Shown: piece after piece, positions 61,790 to 63,075 of the stretch
How positions within the stretch are numbered: position 1 is the stretch's first letter
Layout of the letters: each line of letters begins with the position of its first letter
NCBI GenBank assembly: GCA_003696775.1
Contig: RFFS01000125.1
Location: 1 to 63,075, forward strand
Direction: 5' to 3'
Length of the DNA stretch: 63,075 nucleotides
Origin: Calditrichota bacterium
GTDB taxonomy: Bacteria; Calditrichota; Calditrichia; Calditrichales; J004
Notes under the pieces: generated by a model
Databases searched by the model: none
What the model was told of the DNA's origin: nothing
The model's input: the letters and a program-made list of their open reading frames with translations, nothing else
Made by a program: the position numbers and the translations under genes

Positions 61790-62207
61790 AAAGTCGTTTG
61801 CATGCATTGGCGTCTTTGTATTAAGTTCCCTTTTGTTATCATGTGCGCATGGTCGTGCTTACCGACAACACTCTGTTCATGTAACACCCAAACAGGGCAG
61901 GGTGGTAAACGAAAAAGTAATCAGGGGTGTGGCATCCTTTTATGGAGGGAAATTTCACGGGCGCCAGACGGCCAATGGTGAAACGTTTGATATGTACGCT
62001 TACACCGCTGCCCATAAATCTCTGCCTTTTAATACCTGGTTACGTGTAACCAATCTGGATAACGGTCATCAGGTAGAAGTACGGATCAACGATCGCGGGC
62101 CTTATGTTAAAGGCCGGGTATTGGACCTTTCCTATGCGGCAGCCAGGACATTGGGCATGATAAAAACCGGCACCGCCCGGATAGAAGCAGTCATTATCAC
62201 ACATTAA
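61779..62207 (+). CDS. rlpA: RlpA-family lytic transglycosylase (DPBB domain only)
   Basis: [22 protein letters not shown] and VRINDRGPY. Lipobox LLLSC. Overlaps the upstream gene by 11 nt. Confidence 0.85.
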   Translation: MMSRKSFACIGVFVLSSLLLSCAHGRAYRQHSVHVTPKQGRVVNEKVIRGVASFYGGKFHGRQTANGETFDMYAYTAAHKSLPFNTWLRVTNLDNGHQVEVRINDRGPYVKGRVLDLSYAAARTLGMIKTGTARIEAVIITH

Positions 62208-62232
62208 GAAACGAAACATGAAAGGATACACA

Positions 62233-62556
62233 ATGGGACATTACATTACGCTTACAGATACGAATTTTGAAGAAGAAGTAGAAAAATCGGATATACCCGT
62301 TTTGGTTGATTTTTGGGCGGAATGGTGCGCACCGTGCCGTATTATCGCTCCGGTTGTGGAAGAACTTGCCGAACAATACGCCGGGAAAATCAAAGTAGGT
62401 AAATTTGATGTGGACAGCAACCCGCAAATATCCATGAAATACGGTATCCGTTCCATACCCACATTATTGATCTTTAAAAACGGCAACGCCGTGGATACCA
62501 TTGTGGGTGCCGTGCCTAAAAATGTGATCGAAGAAAAACTGCAGGCACAATTATAA
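62233..62556 (+). CDS. trxA: Thioredoxin
   Basis: [11 protein letters not shown] active site, [14 protein letters not shown], 107 aa from the ATG at 62233; an in-frame ATG at 62218 is an alternative. Confidence 0.9.
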   Translation: MGHYITLTDTNFEEEVEKSDIPVLVDFWAEWCAPCRIIAPVVEELAEQYAGKIKVGKFDVDSNPQISMKYGIRSIPTLLIFKNGNAVDTIVGAVPKNVIEEKLQAQL

Positions 62557-62598
62557 ATACAAGCAATCTTAACCGCACATGCACGGGGACCGTCTTAG

Positions 62599-63075
62599 AT
62601 GATCAATTTTCATAATGTCCGCTTTGTAAAAAGCATTACCCGGATGAGTCAAAGACCGGAGCCTCCGTTGCCGGAAGTCTGTTTTATAGGGCGTTCCAAT
62701 GTAGGAAAATCATCCTTATTGAACGCCCTTTTTGGTACACGCAAACTGGTCAAGGTTTCTTCCACGCCGGGTAAAACTCAACTGATCAATTATTTTCTGG
62801 TGGATAACCGATTTTATTGTGTGGATTTGCCCGGTTACGGTTACGCGAAATTACCCAAAAAAGAACAGATTAAATGGCAAAAAATGATCGAGGGGTATCT
62901 ACGCGAGAACCCTTCCCTTAACCGTATATACTTATTGATCGATGTACGCCACACCCTTCAGGAACTGGACAGGCAAATGCTGGAATGGCTTATTCATTTC
63001 AATCTGAATTTTGATATCATTCTTAGCAAATGCGACAAGATTTCAAGCAATGAATTAACTAAAATGAGGCAATAC
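62599..63075 (+). CDS. engB: Ribosome-biogenesis GTPase EngB/YsxC, 3' end outside the window
   Basis: Frame is open to the window end. G1 GRSNVGKSSL, G3 DLPGYGYA, and G4 SKCDK. Confidence 0.85.
   Translation, partial: MINFHNVRFVKSITRMSQRPEPPLPEVCFIGRSNVGKSSLLNALFGTRKLVKVSSTPGKTQLINYFLVDNRFYCVDLPGYGYAKLPKKEQIKWQKMIEGYLRENPSLNRIYLLIDVRHTLQELDRQMLEWLIHFNLNFDIILSKCDKISSNELTKMRQY

Noticed and set aside
62233-62556. Thioredoxin active site WCAPC instead of WCGPC
   Set aside because: This is a minor, previously seen type of variation in an otherwise canonical thioredoxin, and not worth follow-up on its own.

Overview
This is a dense, almost fully coding chromosomal segment. I call 57 protein genes (2 truncated at the window edges) and one tRNA-Arg(CCT), plus a few intrinsic terminators and promoter-like boxes. 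I saw no rRNA, CRISPR array, transposase, integrase, reverse transcriptase or phage gene. A T9SS C-terminal sorting domain, a GWxTD protein and many TPR/TolB-like envelope proteins suggest an uncultured FCB-superphylum-type bacterium; that placement is inference only. Most genes are housekeeping: smc, ligA, secDF, purA, purM, pcrA, plsY-gpsA, fbp, asnS, apt, argD, trxA and engB. The regions worth a second look are listed here.
1. A ten-gene co-directional cluster (5812-14317) joins a membrane-anchored spermidine-synthase-fold protein, a 4x DUF350 protein, a K+ channel, PspA/IM30, SAM decarboxylase and a patatin lipase. The pspA stop overlaps the speD start.
2. A tightly packed minus-strand operon (16522-25714) contains two paralogous lipoproteins, a PdxJ-fold protein that seems to have lost the PdxJ catalytic residues, a GH2-like ectodomain fused to a polytopic membrane domain, smc, and a GWxTD gene.
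3. A group-3b-type [NiFe]-hydrogenase is followed directly by a receiver / histidine kinase / ACT module.
4. There is an MrfA/MrfB-like helicase-exonuclease pair.
5. There is a metallophosphoesterase-fold lipoprotein with non-canonical metal motifs.
6. There is a CsgG-like lipoprotein paired with an outer-membrane beta-barrel.
I found no clear-cut novel defence or mobile system. All domain calls come from motif recognition by eye and need HMM or BLAST confirmation.
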